Source: Camelus dromedarius
Taxonomy: Eukaryota
DNA: 64,000 nt
Direction of reading: 5' to 3'
NCBI RefSeq assembly: GCF_036321535.1
Contig: NC_087437.1
Span: forward strand, 83,206,001-83,270,000
A program made the position numbers and the translations under genes. A model generated the notes under the pieces. The model was not told the DNA's origin and ran no database searches. It worked only from the letters and a program-made list of their open reading frames with translations. Positions 12,660-24,980 of the stretch are shown one piece after another; position 1 is the stretch's first letter; each line of letters starts with the position of its first letter.

Positions 12660-13379
12660 GAGACTCAGTAACCTGATCTGCTTTTAACTTTTTCCCCCCA
12701 CATTCACCAACAGCTCTCACTGTTAGGTTTGTCCACTTTCTGACTTTGTGCCATTGTTCCTGTCCCTCATCCCCAACTCCCAGTGCCACACTCATTGCCA
12801 TAAACATAGACTCTGGTCATACCCATTCCTATTGTTCTCCAAATACCAATTTTATTTTTAAAGGCACAGTTTACTTCTGAGGCTACTTAAGACCTAAATA
12901 CTCCAGGCTACAAGGACCTCCATTTTCTGAACTCCCAAGCATGTGAGGAAAAAGCAGTATTGATTCAAATTCTAGCTCAGTCTGGATGACCTGGATGAAC
13001 TTGGGCAAGTTCCTCAATATTTCCAAGTATGAGTCTTTGTTGAAAAGGGTGAAAAATTATGTGTATTAAATTGGTAGGTAATATATATGAAAAGTCTAGA
13101 TTAGTGCCTAACAGATGGTAGGTTCTGAGTGAATTTTTTCTTTCATACTTGCACATATAAGGATCAATAAACATTTTTTGTTTAGATATTTAAATTTTTA
13201 CTATATTCTGCCTGATTTATTCTTGAATAGTACTTGCAACTTTTTGCTAGTGCTCAGCATATGTTAGTACTTTTCATTGAAATCAGGTTAATGGTATTTC
13301 TAATTCTAGGGATGTCCATATAAATAGAATTATCTTCAAACTACAGAATGATAAATCACCAATGTACAGAGACTTTTTC

Positions 13380-13990
13380 AGTTTTTATATATATATATAT
13401 TTTTAAGATTATTTTCCATTGTAGGTTACTACAAAATATTGAATATATTTACCTATGCTGTACAGTAAATCCTGTTGCTTATCTTATTTATGTATAGTAG
13501 TTTGTATTTTTTAATCCCATACTCCCAATTTATCCCCCCCTTTCCCTTTTGGTAACTATAAATTTGTTTTCTATTTCTGTGAGTCTGTTTCTGCTTTGTA
13601 TATAGATTCAGTTGTCATTTTTTTTAGACTCCACATGTAAGTAATATCATACAATACTTGTCTTTCTCTGACTAACTTCACTTAAAATAATATTTTTTAG
13701 GTCCATCCATGTTAGTGCAAGTGTCAGTGGCATTTCACTATAAATGGCATTATTTCATTCTTGTTTATGGCTGAGTAATATTCTGTTGTGTGTATGTGTG
13801 TGTGTGTGTGTATACACATATAACAATTCTTCTTGGACAAATTGTCTGTTGCTACGAACTTGGGTTGCTTCCATGACTTGGCTATTTTAAGTAGTGCTAC
13901 TGTGAACATTGGGTTGCATGTATCTTTTGGAATTAGAATTTTCATCTTCTTGGATATATGCCCAGGTAGGATTGCTGAATCATGTATTAC
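13380..13990 (-). mobile_element. L1 3' end (ORF2 C-terminus and 3' UTR) with internal (TG)n
   Basis: Minus ORF KDTCNPMFTVALLKIAKSWKQPK is the L1 ORF2 C-terminus. Confidence 0.9.
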
Positions 13991-14253
13991 CTCTATTAAT
14001 TATTTAGTAATCTAGTAATTATTTAGTTCACCCATGGTGGAACCTAGTAACTTAGATTTTGTAATACATTTACATTTTAGCAGAATCTCTCCGTTCTGAA
14101 CTTATTTATTTGACTCATACACCATCATGTTTTAGAAATTTAATACTTTATATGCAAAGTGGCCATCTCCCACTTTCCCAGTATTTCTTGAGTTTGAAAA
14201 AGGATCTTTATTAAAATCATTTATCCATAGGAAGTGATACTTGTTTTAGAATA

Positions 14254-15180
14254 TTATGTTATCTTCCTAATTTTTTTCATAACATTTATTACTTCCTTGT
14301 TTCTTAGACTGTAAATAAAAGGGTTCAATAAAGGAATCACTAGAGTATAAAAAATAGCAACGGGTATATCTTTATCTTCTTCATTAACTGAATTTGGTCG
14401 AATGTACATGAAGACAAGAGAACCATAGAATATTGAGACAGAGAGAAAGTGGGATGCACAAGTAGATAAGGCTTTGCCTTTTCCCTCTTTGGATTTCATT
14501 TTGAAAATTGTGAAAAGGATGAAAAGGTAAGAGACTATAACTATGGTAATAGTAAAAGTCTGAACTGACCCTGCAAGGATACATATCATCAATTCATTGA
14601 TATAAGGGTTAACACAGGAGAGTCTGTATAATGGAAGAACATCACAAAAAAAGTGATTGATTTGATGAGACCCACAGAACCTTAACCTAAATAGAAGGCC
14701 TATGTGAATTATGGAATGCAGGTTTCCAGCTATGTAGATCCCTGTTGTCATCTGAATGCAGAGTTTCTTTGACATCATGGTGTGGTACTGCAGTGGGTTA
14801 CATATGGCCACAAAACGATCATAGGCCATTGATGCCAGGAGAAAGCAATCTGCAGTTTCAGCAAGACAGAGAAGATAAAATTGTGCCATGCATTCATAGA
14901 GAGAAATCATTCTGTCCTTAGAAAAGAAATTCTGTAACATCTTGGGAGTAATGGCACAGGAACAGCGGGAATCCATCAGAGCAAGGTTACCGAGAAAGAT
15001 GTACATTGGTGTGTGAAGACGATGCTCCATAAATATCAATGCCACCAGGCCAAGATTCCCCACCATAGTGATAAGATAGATGGTGAGGAACACCAGAAAT
15101 AGAAGAGTCCTCAGCTCTGGGTGATCTGTAAATCCTACAAGGATAAATTCAGTTGTCAAGGAGTGGTTATTCTCCATCAT
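14254..15180 (-). CDS. Olfactory receptor, family 5 subfamily K (OR5K3/OR5K4-like), intact 308-aa single coding exon
   Basis: OR motifs: N-glycosylation NHS, GN in TM1, [42 protein letters not shown]. It resembles my recollection of human OR5K3/K4 (MDSxx[23 protein letters not shown]). Start placed at MMENNHS (ATG 15180) because the ORF-track ATG at 15216 lies upstream of a splice acceptor at 15193-15192. Confidence 0.95.
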   Translation of the reverse strand: MMENNHSLTTEFILVGFTDHPELRTLLFLVFLTIYLITMVGNLGLVALIFMEHRLHTPMYIFLGNLALMDSRCSCAITPKMLQNFFSKDRMISLYECMAQFYLLCLAETADCFLLASMAYDRFVAICNPLQYHTMMSKKLCIQMTTGIYIAGNLHSIIHIGLLFRLRFCGSHQINHFFCDVLPLYRLSCVNPYINELMICILAGSVQTFTITIVIVSYLFILFTIFKMKSKEGKGKALSTCASHFLSVSIFYGSLVFMYIRPNSVNEEDKDIPVAIFYTLVIPLLNPFIYSLRNKEVINVMKKIRKIT

Positions 15181-15187
15181 CTTTATG

Positions 15188-15205
15188 CTGTCTGTTGAGA
15201 TAGAA
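15188..15205 (-). promoter_or_regulatory. Splice acceptor of the OR5K coding exon (tandem CAG-A-CAG)
   Basis: Minus strand reads atttctatctcaacag|acagcataaagATG. AG at 15193-15192, with a second CAG at 15190-15188. Confidence 0.7.
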
Positions 15206-16309
15206 ATTATGGACATGTAAGATCTAAATTAGAATATATATAATTTTCCCTTTAAATTTTTCTTTTTACAACAAGAATAGTTTCTCCTCCACGCTTCTCT
15301 TCTTGTCTCCTGTGATACAGTCAAAAAACTCTAGGGTACATTTGTTCTCCTAACATGTCAGATTCTATGACCTCAACTCTGTTAACTCAGAATTCACAAG
15401 ACTATTTTGAGATTCATAAGAAGGATTCTTCCATTGCCTTTATGAATTTATACAAGTATTGTGAATAAATCTAGGGTACTCATATTTGCTTTACTGTTCC
15501 TAAATAATGCCAATTTTAGTTTTTATATTAAAGATCCTTAAAATAAATTTTATATCAATTTTCCTACATTCAGTTTTTCATTGAGCATAAAGTTCATATA
15601 CTCTCCCAGTGGTGTGAATGTTTGAAAATATTATACTACAAATATGTTAAATTTATACCTTAGGAATTTCATGAAGTTGACTAAGGATTAATGAGAGGAC
15701 TAGTCAGTTTTAAAGAAAGTAAACTCAGAGAGCTAAAGAATTAAATATCCATTGATTATTACCTCTTTCATCCCTTTTCTCAGTGTCGTACCCGTTTCTT
15801 TAAAGACTAACTTTGTGCATGCCATTATTCCTATTGATTTTTACCATATATTTGGATCCTTTCTTCCTTTATGTAAAGCTTAGTGTATATGTATAATGGT
15901 ACTTAATAAAGTTTTAACCAAATGCCCGAGATCACTCTGCTTTACAATTTCTCTACTCTAAATCATTCCTTATGTACCCAGCACAGTTTGCAATGGCTGT
16001 TGTACAATCCACAGTGCTTTTTTTTATATGTGCACACACAATTTCCTTTTTATACTATAGGGATTTTGAGGTTAGCTGTGACTTCATGCTTCTTGTAACA
16101 GCTATACTCTGCTCTGGGGAAAAAGCAGTACTGATTCCAGTCCTGCCTCCACCCCAGTGACCTGGGATGTGTGAACTTGTTTTCAGTATCCTACCAAGAA
16201 ACCTTAGTGACTTTTTTGGTGGTCCTCACAGTGATCCTTATTGACCTCTTCTGCAAATTGAGTCTGTTAATTTTGACAGAAATATCAAAAATCTATTCAT
16301 AATTCATCA

Positions 16310-17330
16310 TTAAAAAAATTAAGGATTAATATCCAAAATATTTAAGAAACTCAGACAACTCAATGCTAGATGTATAAACAATGAATTTCAAAATGGGCTG
16401 AGGAATAAAAAGAACTTTTCCCCAGAAAACATCCAAATGTCCAACAGACACATGAAAAGATGTTCACGTTAGTAATCATTGGGGAAACGCAAATTAAAAC
16501 CATGATATATCACCTCACATTTGTAAGAATACCTAGCATCAAAAAGACAAAATATTACAAGTGTTGCTGAGAATATGGAGGAAAAACACCGTTGGTGGGA
16601 ATTTAAATTGATTTAGTCAGTATGGGTAGCAATATGGAGGTTCCTCAAGTAATTAAAAATAGAACTAGTATATGTTCTCACATTTCCACTTTTGGGTATG
16701 TACTCAAAGGAATTGAAAACAGATTATCAAAGCGATAGCTGCACTCCTGTGTTTACTGCAGCATTAGTCACAGTAGCCAAGATAGAGAAGCACCTAAGTG
16801 CCTATCATAGGAAGAATGGATGAAAGTACACATTCAGCCATGAGAAAGAAGGATATCCTTCCATTTGTGACAACATGGGTAGACCTCAAGGATGTTATGC
16901 TAAATGAGAGAGGTCAGACAGAGAAAAACAAATACTGTATGATGTAACTTACATGTGGATCTGAAAAAGCCAAGCTCATAAAAACAGAGTAAAATGCCAG
17001 GGGTGGAGGAATTGGAATGATGTTTGAGGACATTAACTTGCACCTAATAGATCTGTCTGTAGATCTAACGCGAATTATACTCAATATAGACAACAATATT
17101 TTATTATAATCATCAAAATTCCTAACAGACAAGATCCTAATTACTCCCGCTACAAAAAAGAAATGACAATATATTGCATGATAATGTGCTAACTCATGCT
17201 ACTATGGCAGTCATATTGCCATATACCAATGTATCAACTGAACATGTTTAATACCTTAAACTTACACAGTGTTATATGTCAAATATATTTCAATACCAGA
17301 TATATTTCAATGATGTATTTTTTAAATAAA
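16310..17330 (+). mobile_element. L1 3' end (L1MA-like) inside the inferred OR5K intron
   Basis: ORF2 C-terminal sequence and 3' UTR ending in taccttaaacttacacagtgttatatgtcaaatatatttcaata. Confidence 0.85.
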
Positions 17331-17982
17331 AAATGTGGTATCTTTTATATGAATTGACTCATCTATTATTTTTCTGTTTCTAAGAAAATTATGTAAGATT
17401 TTCTGAAGTATGTTACAGTAGATTCAAAGCTAATAAAAGTAAGCTTGCCTTTATACTTTAGTTTTCCAACACTTTCAAAAAGGAAATACCATTTAAATAT
17501 TAATCCAGCTTTTGAAAACACATTTTGTCTTCCTTTAAATGGCTATCTTTTACTGTTATTTAGTGATCCAGTAGGAATAAAGACTGATGTGTTTAGTCAT
17601 ACTAATTCTGTGGTCAAAATGAATTTATTTTTTCATATCAAAATAAAGGCCCTTTGTTGAAAATTTTATTTATTTGTTTAAAAATAGGACATATAACTGT
17701 TTATTCAGCCTAGCTAGAAAAAATGTTCCATATAAGTGCCTGAATTATTTAACAGAATTACTTGTGTCCCTACCTTTGTATTTTGAAGTTCTCCTTAATC
17801 AGAAAAGTTCAGAGTGAATTGAAGTGTCAATCTCATCCTACTTTTTCCAGAGCCTTCAGTTTGGGGAAAAGCTGGAAAAATAATGGAGTAGTTGAAATCT
17901 AACAACAATTAAAAATGCTTAATTCCTTTGATAAATAAATATTCATGAATACTAATATTAGAAGTGAAAAACAAATTAGAGT

Positions 17983-18275
17983 ACTTGCCTTAGTTAGATT
18001 TCACTGAAAAGAGTTTTGTAACACCTCTTGTTTCATTTATGGTGTTAGGTCTCATAGAATTTCAGAATATAAACCTTCGTTTTTAAAACATTTGGGATTA
18101 AAAGAATGAAAATGTGGGTGACTACAAATAGGTCAGAGACAATAATTATGTTCCTTACTGTACTAATTTAAAATTTTCTATTAAATCCTAAGGGGTTTCC
18201 TGGCACTGACATCAATGTATTTCTGTAGGGAGATTCATCACCAGCATATATAAAGATGCCCTGTGAGACAGTGAG
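17983..18275 (-). promoter_or_regulatory. Putative promoter and non-coding exon 1 of OR5K
   Basis: Cluster of O/E-like motifs (tcctaagggg 18186-18195, ctgtaggga, tgccctgtgaga) with ATTA/TAAT neighbours, ~3 kb upstream of the CDS in unique sequence. Confidence 0.45.
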
Positions 18276-18284
18276 GTTAAAGCA

Positions 18285-18585
18285 AATTATAAGTAGAATA
18301 TAAAAAAAAAAAACAAATTAATGAATATACTAAACAGAAACAGACTCACTGATGTAGAGAACACTAGTAGTTACTAGTGGTAGAGGAAATGGCATGATTA
18401 AGATAGGGTTAAAGGATTAACTATGTATAAATAAGCTATAGTGATATATTGTACTACACAGGGAATATAGGCAATATTTTATAACAACTTTAAATGGACT
18501 ATAATCTATAAAAATAATGACTCACAATGTTGTACACATGAAATTAACATAATACTGTACATCAAACAAACTTCCATAAAAAAAG
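18285..18585 (+). mobile_element. L1 3' UTR fragment abutting the OR5K promoter region
   Basis: aaacagaaacagactcactgat...gatatattgtactacacagggaatatag...tgttgtacacatgaaatt. Confidence 0.8.
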
Positions 18586-18905
18586 GAATTAAAGAGAATT
18601 GAATAGTATGGAAAATTAGCAAGGATGATACATCACACAAATCATTGGATGCACTGAAGGAAAATAACAATGAAACAAAAATAATATTTAAAATTATAAT
18701 CTATGGAAATTTGGAGAACAACAGAAGACTTTACTATATATTTTGAAACACTCTTGTGATACTTGGTTCAGAATTAGGAAGTCTAAGATGTGTCCTAGTA
18801 AAAGTGAAAGTATTAATCTTCAGGTTAAAGAAAAATGACCTGCACCTCCATGTGGAAAGGCAGTTTCACTTCCAAAGAAATGAAATCAAGACAAAAAGTG
18901 TGTGT

Positions 18906-18907
<2 letters not shown>

Positions 18908-18937
<30 letters not shown>
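18908..18937. repeat. (TG)n microsatellite
   Basis: About 14 TG units. Confidence 0.95.
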
Positions 18938-18940
<3 letters not shown>

Positions 18941-19107
18941 GTTTTGTGTGTATGTTACCACTGAAGTAGGAAATATTTTCTTAATATTTGAAAAGATTCA
19001 GAGGAAATATAGACCAGAACCTAGTGAACTAGGCTTACAGGGCCTGCCTGAAAAAGTGTCTGATTCTCATTATGAGGCAGGAAATACACAAAATTAGCCT
19101 AGACATC

Positions 19108-19198
19108 TTTTTTTCTTTAATTTAAGTATAGTTGATTTACAGTGTTGTGTTAGTTTCTGGTGTATAGCATAGTGACTATACATATATATATTATATAC

Positions 19199-19238
<40 letters not shown>

Positions 19239-19408
19239 TTTCTCATTATAGGTTATTACAAGTTATTGAATATACTTCCATGTGGTATGCACTGTGACCT
19301 TGTTGTTTATCTATTCTGTATATAGTAGTTTGTATCTGCTAATTCCAAACCTCCCAGTTTATCTTACTCCCTTCCCCTTTGGTATCCATAAGTTTGTTTT
19401 CAGCTATA
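19108..19408 (-). mobile_element. L1 3' UTR fragment with (TA)n expansion (19177-19236)
   Basis: tttaagtatagttgatttacagtgttgtgttagtttctggtgtatagc tail. Confidence 0.85.
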
Positions 19409-19439
19409 CTTTAATGAAATTTAAAAAAATAGAAAAACA

Positions 19440-19787
19440 GCAAAAACAAAAACCCCTCAACTTACAAAACAGAAACAGACTCACAGACATAGAAAAGAAA
19501 CTTACGATTACCAGGGAGGGAAGGGCATGGAAAGGGATAAATTGGGAGTTCGAGATTTGCAGATACTAATATATATAAAATAGATGAACAGCAAGTTTAT
19601 ACTGTATAGCACAGGGAACTATATTCAGTATCTTCTAACTTATGGTGACAAAGAATATGAAAACGAATATATGTATGTTCCTATAAGACTGAAGTATTAT
19701 GCTGTACACCAGAAATTGACACAACATTGTAAACTGACTGTACTTCTATAAAAATATAAAAAAGAAAAAAAAAAAAAAAGAAAAAAG
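19440..19787 (+). mobile_element. L1 3' UTR fragment with long poly(A)
   Basis: acagaaacagactcacagacatag...gggataaattgggagttcgagatttgcagatac...A-tail. Confidence 0.9.
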
Positions 19788-19899
19788 ATCCAACAGTGCC
19801 GGCCTTCCTAGTATTCAAGAAAAAGTGAAAATCTGGATTTTGAATATGAAATTTGCAGATTAAAAGATTTTTTTAATTGAAGAATACATTTAAAAAAAA

Positions 19900-20700
19900 G
19901 AGTGAGATATCCCCTTACACTTGTGTCAGAATGTCTACCATCAAAAAGACCACAAATAACACATGTTAGCAAGGATGTGGAGAAAAGGGAACCCTTGTAC
20001 ACTATTGGTGGGAATGTAAATTGGTGCAGCCACTCTGAAAACAGTATAGAGATTCTTCACAATACTAAAAATAGAAGTACCATATGGTCCAGCCATTCCA
20101 CTGCTGGGTATATATCTGATGAATACAAAAACACTAATTCAAAAATGTACATGCATACCAATTTTAATAGCAACATGGCTACTTATAGTAGTCAAGATAT
20201 GGAAGCAACCTAATTGTCCATCAGCAGCTGAAAGGATAAAGCATATGATGTATACACACACACACACACACAACACACACACACACACAATGGAATATTA
20301 TTCAGCCATAAAAAAGAGTGACATTTTGCTGTTTGCAACAATATAGATGGACCTGGATGGTATTATTCATAGTGAGACAAATCAGAGAAGAGGAAAATAC
20401 TGTATGTTGTCATTTATATGTGGACTCTAAAAAATAAAACAAATTAATGTGTATAACAAAACAAAAACAGATTCACTGATATAGATAGCATATTTGTTTG
20501 TACTGTTGAGGAAAGGGGAGGAAAAAGGGGCAAGACAGGGATAGGTGATTAAGAGGTATGGACCATTATGTATAAAATGAATAATCTACAAGATATATTG
20601 TACAGCACAGAGAATATAGCCAATATCTTATAACATATGCATTATAATCTGTAAAATACTGAATCACTATGTTGTACACCTGAAACTAATACAATATTTA
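19900..20700 (+). mobile_element. L1 3' end with internal (CA)n (20253-20289)
   Basis: ORF track shows KDVEKREPLYTIGGNVNWCS and KIWKQPNCPS, the L1 ORF2 C-terminus. Confidence 0.9.
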
Positions 20701-21479
20701 AGAAGGAATAAAAAGGAATAAGAGACAGAGCATATGATAGTATGGCAAATTAGCAAGGGGGATATACCCCACAAAAATTGGAGCCCCTAAAGGAAAATAA
20801 TAATGTAACAAATTTATATTTAAAACTGTAATTCAAGGAAATTTGGGGATTGACAGAAGACTTTAATGTACATTTTGAAACATACTCATACTTGACCTAG
20901 AAAAAGTAACCCTAAGATATGTCTTAGTAAAAGTAAAAGTATTAGTCTTCAAGTTAGATAAACACGATCCATACCTATGTAGAAAGGCAATCTCACTTCC
21001 AAAGGAAGGTAATCAAAGCACAAAGTATATGTGTGTCTTTGTATACACACATACAAAGACCGGAAACTAGGCTCCTAGGACCCCTGTGGAAAACTAATTC
21101 CCATTCTGAGGCAGGAAATGTGCAAAATTAAGATAAACATCTTACACCAGAGAACAGGAAATGTATCACAGACTTCTATGGTCATATCAGAAGGATTTAG
21201 GAACCATGCTAAGGTTTTTGAGTTGAAGTCCTACTCGCCAAAGATAAGACAATTTTGGCATTAAAATGAATAGTGAGGATAAGTATTTAAGATACAATAT
21301 ATTAAAATCAATGAGTTCATAATGATAATTTTAATATGTCAATCTTCATAGGATATTAGGAAAAGAACTTATTATTCTAAAAACTGGTAATTAGGTTTTA
21401 TTCTGCTTTTCTTATGTGAATTATATCTGTTATGTACCCTCAGGTTTGACTTTGTTGAGGAAGTAAAGATTTGAATCTT

Positions 21480-21735
21480 CAGAGTGAAAGAAAGAGGAAA
21501 AGAACAAAGGAAGAAGGGAGTTACGTAGGGAGAGGAGAGATAAGAGAAAAGGAGATGGGTGGAAGGGGAGTCAAGGAGAGAGGAGAGAAGCATGAAAAAA
21601 GGATGGGAAGAGATGGAAAAGAAATGGAGAGGAATGGGTAAGAAAAAGGATGGAAAAGTGAAGGGGTGGAAAAGGGAAGAGATGGAAAAGGTAGGAAAAA
21701 GAAAATATGTATGAAGTATGAGTATGAAGGGAAAA
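21480..21735. repeat. GA-rich low-complexity polypurine tract
   Basis: About 250 nt composed mostly of A/G. Confidence 0.85.
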
Positions 21736-22499
21736 TGCCTTCAACATTCAAAATGAAAAATACTTCAAATCTAGGATTCTATGGAAATCAAACTATTAAT
21801 CATGAATGAGGAAAGAACAAAGATCATTTGTAGCACATCTAGACTACAAAATTTGTCTGCCAAAGAGACAATCAAGATTTGTTAGCAAAGTTAGAGAATA
21901 AACCATGAAGAGCAATATAGAGAGTTTGGAAACAAGAGTATCCAGCACAGGGAGTCAGCAAAGGAAGGTCTCAGCAGGACAGCTGAGTGCCAGGCCCAGC
22001 GGGCAGCCTCTCCAGGCAGGAGCAGGAGGATGGAGGGCACCAGGAGAAAGTCTCTAGGATAAAAAAAGAACAAAAGATTACATAATAAAGTTGAGTTTTT
22101 AAGGAACATATCTGATAGACACATGATGGATCTAACTGAGCAAAAGGAGTTTTTATTAACTTAGAAATAATGCCACAGTCATACAGGAAAGAAAATATAA
22201 GCATAGCTATGAAAAGTATTTGCACATCCCTAATAAAAACTGAGTATCAAATTATCGAAAATATTCATATACTGTCAAAGGTGAGAGAAATATGGAGGTG
22301 TTTAAAAAATAGGTATTCATCAACCATAATAGATTAATGTCTACAATTGACATTAGGAACTATAAAGATAAATTTTCATGGAAATAGCTAAAATTTAGGC
22401 AGTTGTTTACCTGAAAATGCATATTCTTGAAGGGCAGGATATTACTCATTTTAGAATTTAACTGTTAGTAATATTTAAAAATTATTTTCTGAATGATGA

Positions 22500-23040
22500 T
22501 TAAGAAGACAAGGACAGCAGTAAGGGAGACCAGTCTTAGCTATTAATACTGTTTGGGTGAGAGATGATGGCAACATGGAATTATGTGAATTCATGTAAAT
22601 GGAGAAATTTGGGCACATTTCAGATAGTTCAGAGACAGTTAACAGTTCTTGTGAAAGTTCGGATGGGATAGCAGGAGATGGCGGATGACCTCTAATTTCT
22701 TACTCAGCTGGTGGGAGTGGCAGAAATCAAGAGTGACAAGACTTGGGAAAACCATTTTTGTTGGACAGTTTGAGAGTTGCTGTTTGATCATGATAAATTT
22801 GAGATGTTTTTGAGGTGTTCAGATAACACTGTCCTGCTTGGCAGTTCAGTGCATAAGTCTGGAGATTAGAGGAGTTGTCAGAGTTGGAAATATACATTCT
22901 GAATCATCTTCGTATTGATGGTTTTAAAAGTCTAAAAATAGGTGGAGTCATTTAAAAGAATAGGAAGAATAGAATAGAGACTCTTACAGCTGAATCTCAT
23001 AGAATCCTAATATTTAGACTGCGTAGAGGATGAAGAGTCT
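22500..23040 (-). mobile_element. L2 remnant
   Basis: agggagaccagt...ggtgagagatgatgg...tttgagatg...gtctggag...ggaaatatacatt pattern typical of antisense L2. Confidence 0.65.
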
Positions 23041-23489
23041 TCCCCAATTATAATACTTACTACTGTTTAGTTTAACAGCATTTAAAAATTTCTCTTTTCC
23101 CTACTAGAATGTAAGTTTATGGGTTGGGACTGTCATGGTTTTGTTGTGCAGATTACATAGGCTTGAAGTAGGCCTTTCTGTTTATGCGTGTGCATATGAG
23201 TGTATGATTGTGCATGAGCAAAATGGAGGCATAATAAATCAATGAATAAGAGAAGAGTTAGTTAATAAATGCTTTTGGAATGACTAGTTAGCTATAAAAA
23301 GTCAAACTGATTCTCAGTTTATTGCATTCTAAAAACAATTCCAGTTGAGTATAAGTGCTATGTAAAAAAAAATTAAGCTATGGAAAAAGAAAAAAATACA
23401 AATTATGTTTATAAAATATCTCTGAAACTGGGGGGAGTCTCATGAATTTTAACACAAATGGAAGCAGTAACTAATTAACTAATTGACCT

Positions 23490-24960
23490 AAAAGTGGAAT
23501 TGCTGGATCATAAAGTAATTGTTCTTAATTTTTAAATAAATTTCCATACTTCTTGATAGTGACTGTTCCAATTTACATTCCCACCAACATGATACAAGTG
23601 TTTCCTCTTCTCTATGTCTCACCGATACTTGTAATTCTTGGGTTTTTGATAATAGCCATTCTAACAAGTAAGGGGTTATAACACATTGTGGTTTGATTGT
23701 GGCATCTCCCTGATGATTAGTGATATTGAGCACCATTTCATATTTTGTCTTGTTTAGCCAACTGTTATGTCTTCATTGGAAAAACATCTGTTAAACTCCT
23801 CTGCCCATTTTTTTAATGATTGTTTGGTTTTTCACTACTGAGTTGTAAGAGTTCTTTATATATTTTGAATATTAACCCTGCACCAGATACATGATTTGCA
23901 AATATTTTCTCCCATTTAGTAGGTTGACTTTCCATTTTGTTGATGGCTTTCTTTGCTATGCAGGTGTTTTATAGTTTAATTTAGTCGCACTTGTTTAGTT
24001 TTGCTTTTGTTGTACTTTGCTTTTAGTGTCAAATCCAAAAAATCACTATGAAGATCAATGTCAGGAGCTTACTGCTTATACTTTCTTCTAGGAGTTCTAT
24101 GGTTTCAGGTTTTATGTTCAGTTCTTTAAACTATTTCAAGTAAATTTTTTGTATGGTATAAGATAGTGGTCCACCTTCATTCTTTCCCATGTTGCTGTCC
24201 AGTTTTCCCAGCACCATTTATTGAAATGACTGAGCTTTCCTCATCATATACTTTTGGTCCCTTTGTTTTAAATTAATTGATTGTACATGAATGGGTTTGT
24301 TTCTGGACTCTCTGTTTTGACTTGTGTCTGCTTTTATGCCATTAATATGCTTTTTTGATTACTATAGCATTGTACTGTATATTTTCTAATAAGGAAGCAT
24401 GGTATGTCCACCTTCATTCATTCTCAGGATTGCTTTGGACACTTGAAGTCCTTTATGATGTCATATGCATTTTAGGATTGTTTGTTTCTTGAAAAATTCC
24501 ATTGGAATTTTTAATAGGGATTGCTTTGAATCTGTAGGTTGCTTTGGGTAGTATGGGACATTTCAACATTAATTTTTCCAATCTGTGTTCCTTGAGCATT
24601 TTTTCCATTTATTTGTGTCATCTTTAATTTTCCCCCAGTTTCTTATAGCTTACATTTTATAGGTCTTTTACCTCCTTGCTTTAATTGATTCCTAGATCTT
24701 TTATTCTAGGTGTTTTGTAATGCAGTTGTAAATGAGATATTTTTCTTAATTTTTCTTTCTTTTATATGTTAATAGTGTGTAGAAATACAACTGATTTTTG
24801 TATATTGATTTTGTATCTTGCAGTGATACTGAATTTGCTTATTATTTCTAAAAGATTTTATGTCGGGTCTTTGGTGATTTCTATATGTAAGATCATGTTG
24901 TCTGCAAACAACAGCATTTTAACTACTTCTTTTCAGATTTGGGGTCTGTCTTTCTATTTT
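23490..24960 (-). mobile_element. Older L1, 3' half of ORF2
   Basis: aagtggaattgctggatcata...ttacattcccaccaac...ccagttttcccagcaccatttattgaa. Confidence 0.9.
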
Positions 24961-24980
24961 ATTTTATTTTTCCTTATATA

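Noticed and set aside
15181..15216. 12-aa N-terminal extension on OR5K
   Set aside because: The ATG at 15216 lies upstream of the acceptor at 15193-15192. The downstream start gives the canonical 308-aa length with the glycosylation site near residue 5.
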